Shown here: positions 40,108 through 49,609 of the stretch, piece by piece
How the letters are laid out: each line of letters begins with the position of its first letter
Numbering within the stretch: position 1 is the stretch's first letter
Notes under the pieces: generated by a model
Database searches by the model: none
The model's input: the letters and a program-made list of their open reading frames with translations, nothing else
What the model was told of the DNA's origin: nothing
DNA from: Alphaproteobacteria bacterium
GTDB lineage: Bacteria > Pseudomonadota > Alphaproteobacteria > Rs-D84
DNA: 64,000 bases
Assembly: GCA_017503725.1 (NCBI GenBank)
Contig: JAFVSL010000011.1
Coordinates: forward strand, 7,847-71,846
Reading direction: 5' to 3'
Program-made: the position numbers and the translations under genes

Positions 40108-40305
40108 TTATTGATTGGTTACTTTCAGGGTTTCGATTTTCAATTCGGCTTCTTTTAATAATTGTTCACAGTATGCTTTTAATTTTACACCCTGTTCATA
40201 TGCTGCGACCGAATCCGCCAATGGCAATTCGCCGGATTCCATTTTTTTTACCAATTCGGTTAATTGTTTATAGGCTTCTTCAAATGTTGGTTTGTTTTCA
40301 TCCAT
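40108..40305 (-). CDS. xseB: Exodeoxyribonuclease VII small subunit
   Basis: 65 aa. FEEAYKQLTELVKKMESGELPLADSVAAYEQGVKL is typical of XseB. Confidence 0.8.
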   Translation of the reverse strand: MDENKPTFEEAYKQLTELVKKMESGELPLADSVAAYEQGVKLKAYCEQLLKEAELKIETLKVTNQ

Positions 40306-40367
40306 AATGTACCCCCGTAATTTTTCAGGACAAATGGTACAAAAACAATATTAGATTTGCAAATAAA

Positions 40368-40392
40368 AATCCGGCATTTGCCGGATTTTTTA
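40368..40392. terminator. Bidirectional terminator, CCGGCATTTGCCGG family
   Basis: AAAAATCCGGC-attt-GCCGGATTTTTT. Confidence 0.6.
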
Positions 40393-41457
40393 TTATTCTG
40401 TAACGGCTGTTTCGACCGGTACTTCTGGTGTTGTTTCAACTGGTACTTCTGGTGTTGGTTCGACCGGTTGTGCGGCATCAATTTCCGACAACAATTTATC
40501 CAGTCTTTCAACCGTTTCACCATCACCCAATGCCGCACCAATTGTACGTGCCGATTCCAGGTCCGAACGTGCCGCGTCCATATTGCCCAAATTTACATTC
40601 AAGGCCGCGGATTTTTCAAAGTAATCCATTGCACGCGTAGACAGGCTTTCACGTTCCGACATTGTTGGTGCACCCTGAATTTGTTCAGAAATTACACGAA
40701 CCGCCGATGAATAATCGTTGATTGCATCAACATAGTTGCCGATTGCGGTATATGCTTCTGCGCGTTCACCATATACGGTTGGGTTAACAACACCCTCTGG
40801 TCTGGCCAGGGAATTTGTATAGTCTGCAACTGCCCCCTCCCAGTTCTTTAACCACAGGTTTAACTGACCGCGTTTCGCATACAAATCGCGCAACTGTAAC
40901 ACTGGTGTTGGATTTGTTGTATTTGCCGCCATAGCGTTATTGATGTCATTTAATGCGGCATTATAATCTTCCAGGCGCATATTCAACAATGCACGGTCAT
41001 AATATGCAACCGCATTCTGGGAATCTTTTTCAAGTGCTTTGTCAAAGTCTGCCATTGCATTACGATAATCGCCGGCCTGCATATATGCTTCCCCGCGCAG
41101 GATGAATGTATCGATTGATGCGGCACCACTATCGATTGCGGTTGTTAAATCTGCCAATGCATCATCAATATTTCCGGCCAACAACTTGGTTTTGCCGTTT
41201 TCAAAGTAGTCGTTTGCCTGTAATAATTGTTCTTCGCTAATTTGTGCAGTGGACGGTGAATAAATTGCATCGTGACTGCGACCCAAGATATAAAATGTTG
41301 CTGCAATAAAGAATAAAATTATAAACCAATACACATAAATAGACAGTGACCACGACCCTGTGCACGCTTTCTTTGCAACTGGTTTGTCTGCTGCTTTTAC
41401 CTTAGAATTCTGGATTTTTTTTGTTGTTTTTGTGTTTTTAAGTGGTGTTTTTTTCAT
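40393..41457 (-). CDS. Membrane-anchored TPR-repeat protein with a C-terminal Pro/Glu/Val repeat
   Basis: N-terminal basic region plus TM segment (SLSIYVYWFIILFFIAATFYIL), multiple TPR-like helices and C-terminal PEVPVETTPEVPVET repeats. Confidence 0.65.
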   Translation of the reverse strand: MKKTPLKNTKTTKKIQNSKVKAADKPVAKKACTGSWSLSIYVYWFIILFFIAATFYILGRSHDAIYSPSTAQISEEQLLQANDYFENGKTKLLAGNIDDALADLTTAIDSGAASIDTFILRGEAYMQAGDYRNAMADFDKALEKDSQNAVAYYDRALLNMRLEDYNAALNDINNAMAANTTNPTPVLQLRDLYAKRGQLNLWLKNWEGAVADYTNSLARPEGVVNPTVYGERAEAYTAIGNYVDAINDYSSAVRVISEQIQGAPTMSERESLSTRAMDYFEKSAALNVNLGNMDAARSDLESARTIGAALGDGETVERLDKLLSEIDAAQPVEPTPEVPVETTPEVPVETAVTE

Positions 41458-41485
41458 AAAAATCTCCCTTCCGTTTAATGGAATA

Positions 41486-42181
41486 TTAGAGAGTTTTTAT
41501 CATTTCGTCAATTGTTTTCTGTGAAATCTTTTTAATTTGTCCGGGGGTTAAATTTCCCAACTCTATTTTTCCGTACGAAGTGCGATGTAATTTTACAACC
41601 GGACATCCGCACGCACGCATTACAATTCTGATTTCGTTCTTCTTTCCTTCTGTAATTTCAATGCGTAAAACACCTGGTTCTGACTCGGTAATTTTCATTG
41701 GTACATAATGAACACCTTCAACCGTTATACCACGCCGCGCCATATCGATTTTTTTTGTATTTCCCGAAACCTTTGCAATATAAACACGTGGTATTTTTGA
41801 TGACGGTAACGTCAGGCGTCGCGCCAAATCGCCATCATTTGTTAATAATAATAATCCAGTTGTTTTAAAATCTAAGCGCCCAACATATTTTAAATGTCTG
41901 TATTTTTCCGGCAGTACATCATAGATTGTTTTTCGGCCCAATGGGTCGCGCACAGTTGTCATTGTGTTAATAGGCTTGTAGAAAGCATACAATTCAGTAT
42001 TTAATTTAGATTCTATTTTTTTGCCATTAACCGTAACGATATCGCCGTCGTTTACAAAATTTACCGGACTGTTGATGATATTTCCATTTATTGCGACCGC
42101 GCCATCTGTGACAAGTTTTTCCGCCACGCGTCGTGACGCGACGCCATTGTCTGATAAAAACTTTGCAATTCGTACCGTCAT
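41486..42181 (-). CDS. rRNA pseudouridine synthase (RsuA/RluB family)
   Basis: S4 domain (IAKFLSDNGVASRRVAEKLVTDGAV) and a catalytic GRLDFKTTGLLLLTNDG motif; 231 aa. Confidence 0.8.
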   Translation of the reverse strand: MTVRIAKFLSDNGVASRRVAEKLVTDGAVAINGNIINSPVNFVNDGDIVTVNGKKIESKLNTELYAFYKPINTMTTVRDPLGRKTIYDVLPEKYRHLKYVGRLDFKTTGLLLLTNDGDLARRLTLPSSKIPRVYIAKVSGNTKKIDMARRGITVEGVHYVPMKITESEPGVLRIEITEGKKNEIRIVMRACGCPVVKLHRTSYGKIELGNLTPGQIKKISQKTIDEMIKTL

Positions 42182-42184
42182 CTT

Positions 42185-42838
42185 TTACTTTATAATTTTT
42201 GCCAGCGCAACAATCGCCGCCGTTTCAGCACGCAGTATTGTTTTCCCCAACCCCAGACCGCGCGCACCCGCCACGTCCAACGCATTGAATTCTTCATCGG
42301 AAAAGCCACCCTCGGGCCCAACCAGGATTTTTGTTGTGTTAAAATCGGTCGACACATCCGCCCCATATGCCGCACGTTCATCTGCAAAAACAACATCTGA
42401 TAAATCCAGGTCTGAAAATTTTACAGATTCTAAAATTTCCGGCACCGAATTACGATTTGATTGTTCGGCGGCCTCGACCGCTATTTTTTGCATCCGTCCC
42501 CAGTTTATATGATGCGCAACCGTACGTGCGGTTATAACGGGCACAAAACGTGCGATACCCATCTGGGTTGCCATATTTATTAAATCATCTGTATGCTTAA
42601 TCGGTGCAAACATCAGGGTTATATTGTTTGATGGGTCAATGTGTGATGTTTTGTCGCCGATAATCAGATTTTTATCATCATCTGATATGGTTGCGTTGTA
42701 TTCGTATCCATCACCAAACGCCAAACATTCGCGCACACGCATAACGCGTGTCAAATAATGCAAGGTTTCACGCATCAGTGGTATTTTAATACCGGGTTGA
42801 ATGTCATTGCCGACAAAAATTCTTGGAATATTTTTCAT
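42185..42838 (-). CDS. rsmE: 16S rRNA (uracil1498-N3)-methyltransferase
   Basis: 217 aa. PUA-like N-terminus and a SPOUT C-terminus (…ILVGPEGGFSDEE…LGKTILRAETAAI). Confidence 0.8.
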   Translation of the reverse strand: MKNIPRIFVGNDIQPGIKIPLMRETLHYLTRVMRVRECLAFGDGYEYNATISDDDKNLIIGDKTSHIDPSNNITLMFAPIKHTDDLINMATQMGIARFVPVITARTVAHHINWGRMQKIAVEAAEQSNRNSVPEILESVKFSDLDLSDVVFADERAAYGADVSTDFNTTKILVGPEGGFSDEEFNALDVAGARGLGLGKTILRAETAAIVALAKIIK

Positions 42839-42893
42839 AAATTCATATTTCCTGATTTATCCGAATGCTTTTTTCTGATATAATCATATCACA

Positions 42894-45092
42894 ATGGCCA
42901 AGAAGTTCAACTTTTTATCAGCATCCGGCAAGGGCAAAGGCCTGGGGATATTTAAATCGGGTTCATACAAAGAACACGAGAAGACCCCAATGGCGCAAAT
43001 ATTCTGGCGAATCCGATGGGGATGTGGCATATGGATTGCGTGTGCGCTGGCATTTGGTGCCTCTTTTATAATAGAACATATTTGGCGATATGGATGGGGC
43101 CCGGCCACAACCGTCTGGACCAAGACGTATTTGATGAACCTGGTGACCAGTGGCGGTTTATCTGCGATTGCGGAATTGCCGGCCTGGGTTTGGCGCTGTG
43201 TATTTAGAACGGATTTGGCGTGTATGGTGCCACTGTTTCCGATTATTGCGTACTATTTTCTATCTGATGGTACTTTTACCGATGAATTTAACCCCCACGG
43301 CAAGGACAAGTTTGATGAAAAATCATCAAACAAGGCAAGCGAGGCCGATATCAAAAAAATGGGATTGCTTAACGGTTTTATGATGGTCTTGGGGTATTTC
43401 AAGAAAAAACCATTGATGATGGATGAATGTTTATCGGCGTTATGTGTTGCGCCCCCCGGAACCGGTAAATCACAGGGGGTTGTTATACCGACGATATTGG
43501 ATTGTAACGAAGTTTCAATGATTATTAACGACCCAAAACCAGAACTTAAACAAACAACCAGTGCGTATCGCGCAACGGTTGGGCCGGTGTTTATTATGAA
43601 CTGGGCGGGCCAGGATGACCCCGCACGCGGTATTTACTATCCATCTTGGAATCCGCTGTCGCCTGAACACGTCCCATTTAATACCGAACAGCGTGATTTG
43701 TACATTGATTCAATCTGTAACACTTTGATTCCGGATCGTTCGGGGTCGTCCGCCGACCCGCACTGGACAATAACTGGGCGTGCGGCATTGACCGGGTTTG
43801 TTCAATATATTGTGTCCAAGGTTGAACGTGCCAAGGCCGATGATTATTTCTATTCCCGTATGACAAATGGTACATTTAATGCCGAAGATGCGGCCGTTCT
43901 GTCGGATTATTATTTATCAATGATGACCGATCCAAACGCGTATGCCGCGCACGCAATGTTGCAACGTGGCGAATTAAACGCGATGAATTATGTACACGTT
44001 GGAACCTGGGCAAATATTCCGGATGCGTGGCGCGGTAAAGAGGCATCCTTGCCGATGATTCTGGACTGGCTAACCAGCAGTCAGATTGAAATTGCCCGTC
44101 AAATGGATGAACGTAGAAAAGCCGGCGACCAAATGGTTATGATGGCCGATCCAATGAAAGAATTATTTCAAAACGCCGTGGACGAGGCACGTCAATACGC
44201 CTATGCACACCGTGCGGTCCAGGAATTAACCCAGTTGGCAAATACCCCGGACAAGGAACGTGGGTCTATTATGTCAACGGCTTTGTCTGGGTTAACGATT
44301 TTCCGTAATGCCGCGGTGCGTAATCGTACATCACATTCAGACTTTCATTTTTCAGACCTGCGCGGGATGCGTGACCCACGCGATGGCAAGGTTAAGCCCG
44401 TTACGGTCTATTTATCCATAAATATGGTTGATGCCCAGGCGTTAAATCCGATTACCGCCATATTTATTGAATTGATGTCAAACTTTCTTTTGGCGAACAA
44501 GCCTGACGATGAGCATAATGGTCAAAAACTGGGACCGTATCCAGTATTGTTTGTATTGGATGAAATGCCAAAAATGCAAAAGATGCAGGCCGTTATTCAG
44601 GGGCCAGACCTGGGGCGTGGGCAAAAGATTTCATACCTGTTAATCGGACAAGATTTAAACCAGATTTCTGAAAAATACGGTCACGAAGCCGCCGATACAA
44701 TTATTTCGACCACTGCCGCTAAAATCGTATTGCGACAAAATGATCCAAAAACCGCGGAACGTTTTTCCAGTATGATGGGAATGAAGATGAAGAAGGAAAA
44801 GGGTGCCGACGGCAAAGAAGTTACCAAGGAATCATTGCTTTATACCCCAATGGACATTATGAAATTATCAAATGACAAACAATTAGTCATATTCCAGGGA
44901 TGGTATCATCGCCCGATTGAGGCGGATAAACAAATGGCATTTAAAGATTCACGTTTGTCAAAGTTGATGGCTATGGGCGAGGCACCACCACTGCCAGAAT
45001 TCTTGGTGCCGTCGCATCATCGTGCGCTGGGGTTTGCGGGTACGCCACGGATTTATTATCCCGCAACCAAGGAAATAAAAATACTGGAATAA
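42894..45092 (+). CDS. virD4: Type IV secretion coupling protein VirD4/TraG family
   Basis: N-terminal TM helices. Walker A CVAPPGTGKSQGVVIPTIL (the VirD4/TraG APTRSGKG-type signature) and Walker B VLFVLDEMP; 732 aa. Confidence 0.85.
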   Translation: MAKKFNFLSASGKGKGLGIFKSGSYKEHEKTPMAQIFWRIRWGCGIWIACALAFGASFIIEHIWRYGWGPATTVWTKTYLMNLVTSGGLSAIAELPAWVWRCVFRTDLACMVPLFPIIAYYFLSDGTFTDEFNPHGKDKFDEKSSNKASEADIKKMGLLNGFMMVLGYFKKKPLMMDECLSALCVAPPGTGKSQGVVIPTILDCNEVSMIINDPKPELKQTTSAYRATVGPVFIMNWAGQDDPARGIYYPSWNPLSPEHVPFNTEQRDLYIDSICNTLIPDRSGSSADPHWTITGRAALTGFVQYIVSKVERAKADDYFYSRMTNGTFNAEDAAVLSDYYLSMMTDPNAYAAHAMLQRGELNAMNYVHVGTWANIPDAWRGKEASLPMILDWLTSSQIEIARQMDERRKAGDQMVMMADPMKELFQNAVDEARQYAYAHRAVQELTQLANTPDKERGSIMSTALSGLTIFRNAAVRNRTSHSDFHFSDLRGMRDPRDGKVKPVTVYLSINMVDAQALNPITAIFIELMSNFLLANKPDDEHNGQKLGPYPVLFVLDEMPKMQKMQAVIQGPDLGRGQKISYLLIGQDLNQISEKYGHEAADTIISTTAAKIVLRQNDPKTAERFSSMMGMKMKKEKGADGKEVTKESLLYTPMDIMKLSNDKQLVIFQGWYHRPIEADKQMAFKDSRLSKLMAMGEAPPLPEFLVPSHHRALGFAGTPRIYYPATKEIKILE

Positions 45093-45093
45093 A

Positions 45094-45120
45094 AAAACCG
45101 CCATTTGGCGGTTTTTATTT
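45094..45120. terminator. Bidirectional terminator (virD4 / nth)
   Basis: AAAAAACCGCC-attt-GGCGGTTTTT. Confidence 0.6.
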
Positions 45121-45756
45121 CTTTGCGGGGCACCATTTTGCGACCGGGCATTTTTCGCATTCGGGGCGCAACGCCTTGCACACATATCGACCGTGTAAAA
45201 CCATCACGTGATTTACAATTGGGTGATATTTGCGTGGAATTTTTTCAAGTAATTTTGCCTCAACCTTTTCTGGGGTGTTGTCTGTATCATCCACCCAGCC
45301 ATATCGGTGTGCGTTGCGGAAAACGTGCGTATCAACACCGATGTTTGGCGCGCCCCATAAAACATTGCAAACGACATTTGCGGTTTTTTGCCCGATGCCC
45401 GGTAATTGCATCAAGGCATCACGATTATGATATTTTTCTGGGAAAGTATCGGTTATGTTTTCATCCACCAAGGTTGAAGCCAACGCGATTATGTTTTTCG
45501 CCTTGTTATTAAAGAATGAAATAACCCGTATATGCTCTTTTAATCCGTCAATTCCCAACGCCAACATTTTATCCGCGGTCGGTGCCACACGAAACAGTTC
45601 GGGTGTGACCTCGTTCACCTTTTTATCTGTTGCCTGGGCGGACAGTATCACCGCCACCGCAAAGTTAAATTCATTGGTATGGTACAGTTCCGACCGGATT
45701 GTCATATCAACAGTCTGTGGCACTAATTCAAAATATCTTTGCGGGGTCAGTTTCAT
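45115..45756 (-). CDS. nth: Endonuclease III
   Basis: HhH-GPD motif LPGIGQKTANVV and a C-terminal 4Fe-4S cluster CxxxxxxCxxCxxxxxC (CKALRPECEKCPVAKWC). Confidence 0.9.
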   Translation of the reverse strand: MKLTPQRYFELVPQTVDMTIRSELYHTNEFNFAVAVILSAQATDKKVNEVTPELFRVAPTADKMLALGIDGLKEHIRVISFFNNKAKNIIALASTLVDENITDTFPEKYHNRDALMQLPGIGQKTANVVCNVLWGAPNIGVDTHVFRNAHRYGWVDDTDNTPEKVEAKLLEKIPRKYHPIVNHVMVLHGRYVCKALRPECEKCPVAKWCPAKK

Positions 45757-45763
45757 TTATTTC

Positions 45764-48700
45764 TTATGCCTTTTTCACAGATATAGCCAACGTATACCCT
45801 TCGATATCGGTTGAATATTCGCCATCGCCCGCAACCATTTCCACAACCAGTGCATCACGCATAATGCGTTTTTTATGTTGTTCTATTGCGTTTACAATTG
45901 CCGGGTCACCCGAATATGTTAATACGATACGGTCGGATACATCCAGGTTTGCTACCTTGCGTGTGTCTTGGATAAAGCGCAATGCGTCATTCGCCAACCC
46001 TTCGGCCACCAAATCTGCGGTCACATTTGTATCCAGAACAACAACGGCGGTATTGTCTGGCAACGCGGCCCCCGTCACCCCGTCACGCACCGTCAGGCGG
46101 TTTTCAAATTCATCCGCATTCAGTTCGTGTGCACCAACAACCAACTTATCACCATTGATTTCATATTCGCCACGTTTGACGGCCGGGATGATTTCTTTTA
46201 ATGCCCCGCCCAAACGCGCACCAATCTTTGGTGTAATCAGGTACACAAAAGAATCCGCCACGTCACCAATGTTTTCAACAAACTGAACCGATTTAACATT
46301 TAATTCATCGCGAATAATATCGGCGTATGCGCTTAAATCTGTGCCCGCCACGGTCAGACTGGCCAACGGTAAACGATTACGCAGTTTATATTGTTCACGT
46401 AATTGCTTGCCGACGGATACAACTGATTGTACACGACGCATATCATCTACAATCTTTGTGTCAAATTCGGATGCGGTTGGGAAATCTGTTAAATGCACAG
46501 ATTCTGCGCCCGTTAATGCACGATAGATGTATTCTGATACAAACGGTGCAAATGGTGCAAGTGCGCGACACAGCGTCGTCAGAACAGTGTATAGCGTATC
46601 AAATGCCGCCTGCTCTTCGTCCCAGAAACGTGCACGTCCACGACGAATATACCAGTTGTTCAGAATATCCAAGAAACGAACAAATTCTTTGACGGCAACA
46701 TCTGGTTTATATTCATCCAGTGATTGACGCACAACGCCAATCAACACACTTAATTCCGCCAGGATATATGCATCCAGCGCATTTGTTGGATTCTGAATTT
46801 CACGTGCCGTCACATTACCCGCATTTGCATAAAGCGTAAAGAAGTGATAAGCATTCCACAGTGGTGTTTGAATTGTTTTTGTGGATTCAACAAACACCTT
46901 GCCTTCTTTGTCAACTGGAACTGGTTCGGCCTTCATAAAATTAGACCCCAGTATAAACAGACGAATTGCATCTGCACCATATTGTTCAATCTGTTCGCTT
47001 GGGTCGACAAAGTTACGCAATGATTTCGAGAATTTCTTTTTGTTTTCATCAACAATCATACCGTTTGCAGATACGGCCCGGAATGCTGGTTTATCAAACA
47101 ATGCGGTTGCCAATACCATTAACGCATAGAACCAACCACGTGTTTGATCTTGGCCCTCGATAATATAATCTGCGGGGAATGTTGCTTCGAAACGTTCTTT
47201 GTTTTCAAACGGATAGTGCAAAGATGCCCACGGCATAGAACCAGATTCCACCCAGCAATCCAGAACATCTGGAATACGTTTCCAACCATCTTTTTCCAAT
47301 TTATCTAATGTTGGACGATGCAGATCATCGATTTTCGCGCCAAAGAATTCTTCGATTTCTGCGATTGAACCAAACACTTTATATTCGCCGTCACGTTCCC
47401 AGATTGGCAATGGCATCCCCCAGAATCGATTACGTGAAATCGACCACGGGCGCGCGTTTTCAATCCACATACGGAAACGTTCACCGGCACTTGTCCAATT
47501 AACCAGATTGTTATTCGCAATCAGTTTATCTTTGATTTTTGGCACGTCAATATACCAAGAATCCGTTGCGCGATAGATAAGTTTTTCTTTTGATCGGTCA
47601 CCAAACGGATATGAATGCTTGTATTGTTCCTTTTTAACCAAGCGTCCATTTGCCTTTAACCAATCCAGAATCTTTGGTGTTGCGGCAAAGATATTTTCGC
47701 CCGCAAAATCTGTTACCGTTTCATCAAAGTTACCATAATTATCAACATTTAATAAAACCGGGAATTTTGGATCGATTGCTTTTGCCGCCCAGAAATCGTC
47801 TGCCCCATACGCCGGTGCGATATGAACGATACCCGTACCATCAGAGTCTGAAACATAATCCGCCGGTATTACCTGGAACAATAAATCAGATTGCCCCGCA
47901 TAATATGGAAACAATGGCGTATAATGCAGGCCCACCAAATCGGCACCCTTGATACGTCCAACCTCGCTTGCGTTGGCGAATTGTTTTTCGTATGCTTTCA
48001 GGCGGCTTTCCGCAACAACATAAACCGCGCCATCGGTGTCCGCCATACGCAGATATGTCATATTTGGATTAACCGCCAACGCACTGTTTGCGGGCAACGT
48101 CCACGGTGTTGTCGTCCAAGCAATGGCGCGGTCGCCATTTTCCAGTTCAAACCAAACCGTTACCGCATCATCAACAATTTCGCGATAGTCCTGGGACGCT
48201 TCTGAATTAGATACAACCGTACCATTGACCCAGTCAAATGGATTAACACTGTAATCTTTATACAACAGGCCCCTTTCATACAACGATTTCAATGTCCAAA
48301 GCATCGATTCCATATAGTCTTTGTTCATTGTTTTATAGCCATATCCATCGCCAATATCGACCCAGCGACCCATTCTGGTGATAAAGCGATTCCATTCATT
48401 TGTATATGTCATAACGTCGGTTCTGCACATATCACAGAAAGCCGCAATACCATTCTCTGCGACGATATCTTTGGCGGATTTTCCGACCTTTTTTTCAACC
48501 GAGTTTTCCGCCGGCAATCCGTGGCAATCCCACCCCAGTTCACGGTTAACGTGTCTGCCGCACATTGTCTGGTAACGGGAAACCATATCTTTTACAACCG
48601 AAACCCCCAGATGTCCCCAGTGTGGTTTACCATTGGCAAAGGGCGGCCCGTCAAAGAAAGAAAACGGATGGCCCAATTTTGTTTTTTCTAAACTTTTGTG

Positions 48701-48787
48701 AAATGTATTGTTATCGTGCCAATAAGACAGTATTCCCTGTTCTTGTTCTGGGAAATTTGCACGTGGGTCGGTTTTTGGATATGACAT
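45764..48787 (-). CDS. ileS: Isoleucine--tRNA ligase (type 2-like)
   Basis: HIGH-region variant PPFANGKPHWGHL, a KMSKS region and an editing domain. The start MSYPKT at 48787 has a GGAG RBS. About 1007 aa. Confidence 0.88.
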   Translation of the reverse strand: MSYPKTDPRANFPEQEQGILSYWHDNNTFHKSLEKTKLGHPFSFFDGPPFANGKPHWGHLGVSVVKDMVSRYQTMCGRHVNRELGWDCHGLPAENSVEKKVGKSAKDIVAENGIAAFCDMCRTDVMTYTNEWNRFITRMGRWVDIGDGYGYKTMNKDYMESMLWTLKSLYERGLLYKDYSVNPFDWVNGTVVSNSEASQDYREIVDDAVTVWFELENGDRAIAWTTTPWTLPANSALAVNPNMTYLRMADTDGAVYVVAESRLKAYEKQFANASEVGRIKGADLVGLHYTPLFPYYAGQSDLLFQVIPADYVSDSDGTGIVHIAPAYGADDFWAAKAIDPKFPVLLNVDNYGNFDETVTDFAGENIFAATPKILDWLKANGRLVKKEQYKHSYPFGDRSKEKLIYRATDSWYIDVPKIKDKLIANNNLVNWTSAGERFRMWIENARPWSISRNRFWGMPLPIWERDGEYKVFGSIAEIEEFFGAKIDDLHRPTLDKLEKDGWKRIPDVLDCWVESGSMPWASLHYPFENKERFEATFPADYIIEGQDQTRGWFYALMVLATALFDKPAFRAVSANGMIVDENKKKFSKSLRNFVDPSEQIEQYGADAIRLFILGSNFMKAEPVPVDKEGKVFVESTKTIQTPLWNAYHFFTLYANAGNVTAREIQNPTNALDAYILAELSVLIGVVRQSLDEYKPDVAVKEFVRFLDILNNWYIRRGRARFWDEEQAAFDTLYTVLTTLCRALAPFAPFVSEYIYRALTGAESVHLTDFPTASEFDTKIVDDMRRVQSVVSVGKQLREQYKLRNRLPLASLTVAGTDLSAYADIIRDELNVKSVQFVENIGDVADSFVYLITPKIGARLGGALKEIIPAVKRGEYEINGDKLVVGAHELNADEFENRLTVRDGVTGAALPDNTAVVVLDTNVTADLVAEGLANDALRFIQDTRKVANLDVSDRIVLTYSGDPAIVNAIEQHKKRIMRDALVVEMVAGDGEYSTDIEGYTLAISVKKA

Positions 48788-48912
48788 AACTATACTCCGT
48801 ATTTTTACTATTAAAAAAAGGCGCGTACGCGCCCCAGCCACCGCAGAAGCGCAGTTGCCAGTTATTTAATAATAATTATTGTTGCCTGTTTCATTTTTTG
48901 TTTTTTTATTTC

Positions 48913-48988
48913 TGGTGCCGGTGATAGGACTTGAACCTACGACCCCCTCATTACGAATGAGATGCTCTACCAGCTGAGCTACACCGGC
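48913..48988 (-). tRNA. tRNA-Thr (anticodon CGU)
   Basis: Reverse complement is GCCGGTGTAGCTCAGCTGGTAGAGCATCTCATTCGTAATGAGGGGGTCGTAGGTTCAAGTCCTATCACCGGCACCA. It has a canonical cloverleaf and an encoded CCA. Confidence 0.85.
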
Positions 48989-49035
48989 GTCGCAACCGAC
49001 TATAAAACATATTTAAGACAATTTCCAGTGGTTTT

Positions 49036-49608
49036 TTACTTAATCGGTCTGGCAATATATGCGTTAACATATGTTGGTGTGCGCTGCGGATTCTGGGGGT
49101 CATATAAAATACCATTATTATCAACTGTTATTTTTATATCGCCGTATCCAATACCGCTTTGATTACGTGTGTCATTTTTATGTAACAAACGTGTTGAATC
49201 AATAATTCTTAATTCTATATCGTTACTTGAACGACTGATAATTTTATCAACAATCATCATATGACCATTACCGTCATCATATACAATTATTAAAATATCA
49301 TCCGTGTCAATATCAGAAAAATTTTTATGAATTTTCCAGTAACGAAAATTTTCTGGATGATTGTAAATTCGTTCAAAATCCTGGCAATAAAAACGATTTA
49401 TTTTCAAGAAATCTGTCGCGCGCAAATACCCCCTGATTTCGGCCAGCGCGCGTAAATAACCATTTGTGCCGATATACCATGCGACAAACCCACTGCAATC
49501 AAATTGCATAAAATCACGATTGTCTTTGCGCGTTATAATATTTGCATGATTGTATTCAGATAAAATATCACCACTTAAAATTTTATTCACAATTTCATCG
49601 TGTTTCAT
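49036..49608 (-). CDS. NlpC/P60-family (papain-fold) peptidase-like protein without a signal peptide
   Basis: 190 aa. Catalytic Cys in MQFDCSGFVAWYIG and His in GNGHMMIVDK, as in Spr/MepS-like enzymes. No N-terminal signal. The start lies 2 nt after the mnmG stop. Confidence 0.5.
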   Translation of the reverse strand: MKHDEIVNKILSGDILSEYNHANIITRKDNRDFMQFDCSGFVAWYIGTNGYLRALAEIRGYLRATDFLKINRFYCQDFERIYNHPENFRYWKIHKNFSDIDTDDILIIVYDDGNGHMMIVDKIISRSSNDIELRIIDSTRLLHKNDTRNQSGIGYGDIKITVDNNGILYDPQNPQRTPTYVNAYIARPIK

Positions 49609-49609
49609 T

